NCBI GenBank assembly: GCA_963662285.2
Contig: CAXXMV010000006.1
Coordinates: 480,001 to 544,000, forward strand
Direction: 5' to 3'
DNA length: 64,000 bases
Origin: a bacterium
GTDB lineage: Bacteria; Hinthialibacterota; Hinthialibacteria; Hinthialibacterales; Hinthialibacteraceae
The notes under the pieces were generated by a model. That model saw only the letters and a program-made list of their open reading frames with translations. It was not told the DNA's origin and did no database searches. Shown here in pieces: positions 59,980 to 64,000 of the stretch; position 1 is the stretch's first letter, and each line of letters begins with the position of its first letter. A program made the position numbers and the translations under genes.

Positions 59980-61299
59980 ATGACCTCACGCAGAATGTTC
60001 CTATCAAGCGGCATAACGGGGCTAACCGCCATTGGCGCATCAAATGTATTCGCCCAAAACCAACGTTCATCTTATATTCCCACTCAACCCAAAGACTGGC
60101 CGGAGGTTTCCAGCACTCTGCATAAGGTGCTGCTCGAAAACATTCTAACCTTCTGGTATCCCCAAACCCTGGATAAGGATCGCGGCGGCTACCAACTAAA
60201 TCATGACCTCTATGGCGTGTCCAAAGGCAGCAACAACAAACGCCTGGTGGTGCAAGCCAGATGCATTTGGTTCTATTCACGTTTAGTTCGTGAAGGTTTT
60301 GGCAAAGATGAACATCTGGAAGCAGCCCGCATCGGATATGAATTCCTGCGCGACTATCTGTGGGATAAGCAATATGGCGGTTTTTATTGGGAAGTCGATA
60401 CCTTGGGCCGGGTGGCCACCATGCCCGAAAAGCATCTCTATGGCGAAGCCTTTGCCTTGTACGCCCTGTCTGAATACGCCATGGCCTCCAAGGATCCTGA
60501 GCCGCTGGCGCTGGCTAAAAAACTCTTTGGCCTTCTGGAATACTACGCTTACGATCTGCGTTTCGGCGGATACCTCGAATCATTCCATCGTGATTGGACT
60601 ACTCCATCGGTGGGGCAGAGTTATATGAGCGCTCCACATGATTTAAAACTGATGAATACCCATCTTCATATTATGGAAGCTTTCACTACCTATTTTGAAG
60701 CCAGCCGCGATCATGTGGCGCGGGAGCGTTTGCTGGAATTAATCATGATTATGAGCAATACGGTATTACGCAAAAAAATTGGCGCATGTACTGATCGGTA
60801 TAACCGCAACTGGTCGCTGGTGCGTGGGGCGCTGTATGAACGGGTATCTTATGGCCATGACATCGAGAATGTATGGCTATTGATGGATGCTTGTAAAGCC
60901 GCAGGAATTCCCGATGGTCCCTTAATGGACTTTTACACTATGCTATACAGTTACTCGCTGCAATATGGATACGATGTCAAAAACGGCGGTTTTTATTCCA
61001 GCGGTCCCTTCAATAGTAACGCAGACAACCGCAATAAAGATTGGTGGGTGCAGGCTGAAGGTCTGGTCTCCGCCTTGAGAATGTATCAAAGAACCGGAGA
61101 GGATATCTACTATAACTGCTTCCGCCAAACCCTGGATTGGATAACAACGCGACAGGTTGACTGGGAAAAAGGCGAGTGGTTCGGAGTGGCCTACGAAAGC
61201 AGCGCTCCCACCGGCGACAAAGCCGGCCCCTGGAAATCTCCTTATCACAATGGCCGGGCTATGATGGAATGTTTACAGTTAGTGAAGAGTTATATATAA
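59980..61299 (+). CDS. AGE-family epimerase/isomerase (cellobiose 2-epimerase-like) with a Tat signal
   Basis: SRRMFL; QARCIW, MNTHLHIMEA, SYGHDIE, WWVQAE and WKSPYHNGR motifs. Confidence 0.88.
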   Translation: MTSRRMFLSSGITGLTAIGASNVFAQNQRSSYIPTQPKDWPEVSSTLHKVLLENILTFWYPQTLDKDRGGYQLNHDLYGVSKGSNNKRLVVQARCIWFYSRLVREGFGKDEHLEAARIGYEFLRDYLWDKQYGGFYWEVDTLGRVATMPEKHLYGEAFALYALSEYAMASKDPEPLALAKKLFGLLEYYAYDLRFGGYLESFHRDWTTPSVGQSYMSAPHDLKLMNTHLHIMEAFTTYFEASRDHVARERLLELIMIMSNTVLRKKIGACTDRYNRNWSLVRGALYERVSYGHDIENVWLLMDACKAAGIPDGPLMDFYTMLYSYSLQYGYDVKNGGFYSSGPFNSNADNRNKDWWVQAEGLVSALRMYQRTGEDIYYNCFRQTLDWITTRQVDWEKGEWFGVAYESSAPTGDKAGPWKSPYHNGRAMMECLQLVKSYI

Positions 61300-61360
61300 G
61301 TTTAAACCTTGATTAACCGGGCATTCAGAGTCAACATGATACCAGTGCATAAAGTGGCTT

Positions 61361-61394
61361 TGGTGGGCTACGCTTCGCTTTTAGCCCACCCTAC
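61361..61394 (-). repeat. REP-like hairpin, family A (reverse orientation)
   Basis: TGGTGGGCTACGCTTCGCTTTTAGCCCACCCTAC. Confidence 0.8.
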
Positions 61395-61456
61395 TTGCTT
61401 TTAACTCACACTATGTGCTGATGGGCCTATATTCTAGACTGAGAGAATCATAACTC

Positions 61457-61990
61457 ATGGCTGTTGTCCATATTATTTATCATTCTGTAGCAGGGCATAC
61501 TGAAAGACTCGCTGAATCAATTGCTGAAGGCGTTCAGCAGGCGCCCGGCTGCTCAGCACGAATCTTTCCGGTTGAACAGGCTCGCGCGGAGCATGTAACC
61601 AACTGCCAGGGATTATTGCTGGGCTGCCCAACTTACATGGGTAATGTCACCGCCCCCATGAAAAAATTCATTGATGATGTAATCGGTTCGGTCTGGGAAA
61701 AAGGCGGCATTCCCGGCGTGGTTGGTTCAGCCTTCACCAGCAGTGGATCGCTGCACGGCGACAAAGAATTCACCCTGCTGGCGCTTCAGATATCCATGTT
61801 CCAACTGGGCATGACACTGGTCAGCCTGCCTCCCAAAATAATTCAGGAAAATAAAAACCTGGGATACTCCCACGGCGTAGCCACCAGCGTACTGGGACGC
61901 CAGCCCAACATGATTCCCCAGGAAGACCTGATAGTAGCGAGCTGCCTAGGCAAACAAGTAGCGCAAGTTGCCCGCCAAATCTATGGATAA
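61457..61990 (+). CDS. Flavodoxin/WrbA-family protein
   Basis: YHSVAGHTERLA, LGCPTYMG and SAFTSSGSLHGDKE motifs. Confidence 0.85.
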   Translation: MAVVHIIYHSVAGHTERLAESIAEGVQQAPGCSARIFPVEQARAEHVTNCQGLLLGCPTYMGNVTAPMKKFIDDVIGSVWEKGGIPGVVGSAFTSSGSLHGDKEFTLLALQISMFQLGMTLVSLPPKIIQENKNLGYSHGVATSVLGRQPNMIPQEDLIVASCLGKQVAQVARQIYG

Positions 61991-62011
61991 AAATCCAAAG
62001 TAGGACAAAGC

Positions 62012-62044
62012 GTAGGATGGGACAAAGCGTAAGCGTGTCCCATC
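62012..62044 (+). repeat. REP-like hairpin, family A
   Basis: GTAGGATGGGACAAAGCGTAAGCGTGTCCCATC. Confidence 0.8.
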
Positions 62045-62059
62045 GGATATTCGATTACC

Positions 62060-62998
62060 TCACCTTTTAATATTCTTCCTAACGCTTACAGGCTTTTCAC
62101 TGCTACTTAATTGATAATTTTCTTTCTTAAGAAGATCATTAACAAATGTATCAGGCGGAGCCATTATATCGATATCATCTTTCTTAATCGTTTTATCAAC
62201 TTTAATATTAGAAAATATATAAATCATAACATATTTCAAATACAATTCATTGGTAACTTCATGGTATTGATATTCATCGAATTTGATCTGAGTTGGAAAT
62301 TGTATTCCATTAATTTCCGTATAATTACTGTAATAGATATTACTATGACCATTATCATGTTTATAAATTATTTCAAATGGAAAAACTGAATTATTCTTTT
62401 TAAATTTCATCAAATAATTCTCCTTTCCATGCATACTAATGTATAAATAAAGATCATCCCCTTTTTCTTCTACCTTTAGTCCATTGTCAATAAAATTGTA
62501 TGCACGTTCGTGTTCAAATAAATAAAGTCTTTCTCTTGTATGTTGTGTTGGAGGCAATATTGCCATATTATTCATCTCGGGATTGTAATCACAATAAAAT
62601 TCATCATCGAACAATATAACCTGCTGACAATTGTTCGTGTCTCCATTAATGCCAATCAATAGTAAATTATGGAAATCATAAGATTTACATTTATAATACG
62701 TTGTACCTGTGACGCCATTAACAAATGAACTTACATTTTTGTCAATTATTGCTTTGATTTCGCTTTCAGATGGTCTTGTGTTTGATCTTCCCAAGTTTGA
62801 GTTAATCCTATCAGTTGCGTATTTCTCTGCTTCTTCTTTATTTTTAAACCTTGGTTTTGAAATGGTCGTACATTCAACATCAAATTGAATAGGCATCATT
62901 TGTTTACTATGTTCTTTTAGTTTTTCCATAAATACATTGGCATCTTCAACATTAGCCGCTGACACAATCATTAATGCTATCAAATACGGTTTAAACAT
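62060..62998 (-). CDS. Low-GC hypothetical secreted protein
   Basis: 312-aa ORF with a short hydrophobic N-terminus and an AAGGA RBS; YSNYTEINGIQFPTQI resembles LolA/DUF4292-like beta folds (weak). Confidence 0.6.
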   Translation of the reverse strand: MFKPYLIALMIVSAANVEDANVFMEKLKEHSKQMMPIQFDVECTTISKPRFKNKEEAEKYATDRINSNLGRSNTRPSESEIKAIIDKNVSSFVNGVTGTTYYKCKSYDFHNLLLIGINGDTNNCQQVILFDDEFYCDYNPEMNNMAILPPTQHTRERLYLFEHERAYNFIDNGLKVEEKGDDLYLYISMHGKENYLMKFKKNNSVFPFEIIYKHDNGHSNIYYSNYTEINGIQFPTQIKFDEYQYHEVTNELYLKYVMIYIFSNIKVDKTIKKDDIDIMAPPDTFVNDLLKKENYQLSSSEKPVSVRKNIKR

Positions 62999-63066
62999 AT
63001 TCTTTCCTTTGCTATTATTAGTTTATTATGATAATGAATAACTATTTTCAAACAAATTCGATATAT

Positions 63067-64000
63067 TCAATTAGACCTGATATCAGGATCTCTTCTCACA
63101 TTTCCTCCTGAACTAACGTCCTCTAAAGCAATATCACCAATATCTAAATGTTCACCCATTGGTGATTTATCAATTATTTGAAAACAAGATCGATACCCTG
63201 TATTTGTGATAACCAGACACATATGGGGTGAAGACAATTCTTGAAAGAAAAAGCGCCCATCCTCACCAGTAATTATTTTTGGAATATCTCCAGCCAATTG
63301 AACCTGTCTGTGATCGCCTCTCACCGTAACCATTGTGGAGTATCCCTGTAGGTGCAATTTCTGATAATAGTCCATACTGCTAACTCCATATTGAACTGCC
63401 ACGTATGCATCCTTGAGAGGATTTCCAGTTTCTTGACAAACAATTCGTCCACTTAATGAATAAGGAGGTTGTAATTGGATAATGACGCCGGTCTTCACTT
63501 CTTCCGGCTCGAAACGATACGAATCGCTGTAGCCAAGGTTGCCATCAATGTTTCTAGCGACAAAAACAAATGGAGAATCCCGCGAGTCTATCCCCGTAAG
63601 ATGAAACTCACCGGCGGCAGAAAAGAAAGGAGTCCAATTGTGAGTTTTAGAATCTATTGGTGGTGAGTGCAATGTTGAGTTTCTTGATGCAAAAGGCAGT
63701 ATCTCAAAATCCTGCACAGGTTGATTGTCTGAGCCGATGACAGTCCCATATACCTCGAATGTATAATCCTGAGATTTTTCATCCAATACTATTGTCAATT
63801 CTTTACTATCAAGCCGCACATCTTCCACCGATTTTGATTCATAATCCTTAGGCTCTTCTTGAATGGCTGTAAATTTTATCAGATCACATTCTCCACACTG
63901 ATTATCCATTTTAGCGGCATCCACATAAAACAATCCATCATCCAAAGTTGTATATATTTTTTGTCCATAAATAACTGGCGCTGGCTTGGAATTTTCCGAG
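63067..64000 (-). CDS. C-terminal part of a protein with carboxypeptidase-regulatory-like (prealbumin-fold) repeats
   Basis: VYGTVIGSDNQPV and LSGRIVCQETGNPLKDAYV...TGEDGRFFF repeats; the frame stays open towards the window edge. Confidence 0.65.
   Translation of the reverse strand, partial: SENSKPAPVIYGQKIYTTLDDGLFYVDAAKMDNQCGECDLIKFTAIQEEPKDYESKSVEDVRLDSKELTIVLDEKSQDYTFEVYGTVIGSDNQPVQDFEILPFASRNSTLHSPPIDSKTHNWTPFFSAAGEFHLTGIDSRDSPFVFVARNIDGNLGYSDSYRFEPEEVKTGVIIQLQPPYSLSGRIVCQETGNPLKDAYVAVQYGVSSMDYYQKLHLQGYSTMVTVRGDHRQVQLAGDIPKIITGEDGRFFFQELSSPHMCLVITNTGYRSCFQIIDKSPMGEHLDIGDIALEDVSSGGNVRRDPDIRSN

Overview
Bacterial chromosomal window of mixed, moderate GC, with many Sec/Tat-exported proteins. 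The lineage is probably an uncultured diderm one; the C-terminal tag described below reminds me of Sumerlaeota/OLB16-type genomes, which is recollection and not verified. From left to right it holds: a chemotaxis cluster (partial cheR, cheB, cheW, cheA, two MCPs, divergent cheX-cheY); a large PQQ-propeller protein; an IS1634-like remnant; sigma54-driven amtB-glnK; mqnP/ubiA-ubiX; a very acidic 902-aa protein; tRNA-Gln(TTG); yajC; and an intact 2.3-kb frameshifting IS (32688-35016, AAGTT target duplication) that splits a low-GC gene. It continues with pyrD, three CgeB-like glycosyltransferases plus sulfotransferases (a fourth paralog lies at 17.5-19.4 kb), a doubly frameshifted amidohydrolase, a sialidase-like gene, an orphan hisF, a HEPN-like ORF and assorted enzymes. 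Three families of intergenic REP-like hairpins are present. The best candidate for an undescribed system is a short C-terminal tag, TPVxxWxL[F/Y], shared by two otherwise unrelated secreted proteins, which suggests an uncharacterised sorting or export pathway. The second candidate is the expanded CgeB-like glycosyltransferase/sulfotransferase locus. No CRISPR array, rRNA, prophage or integrase was seen.
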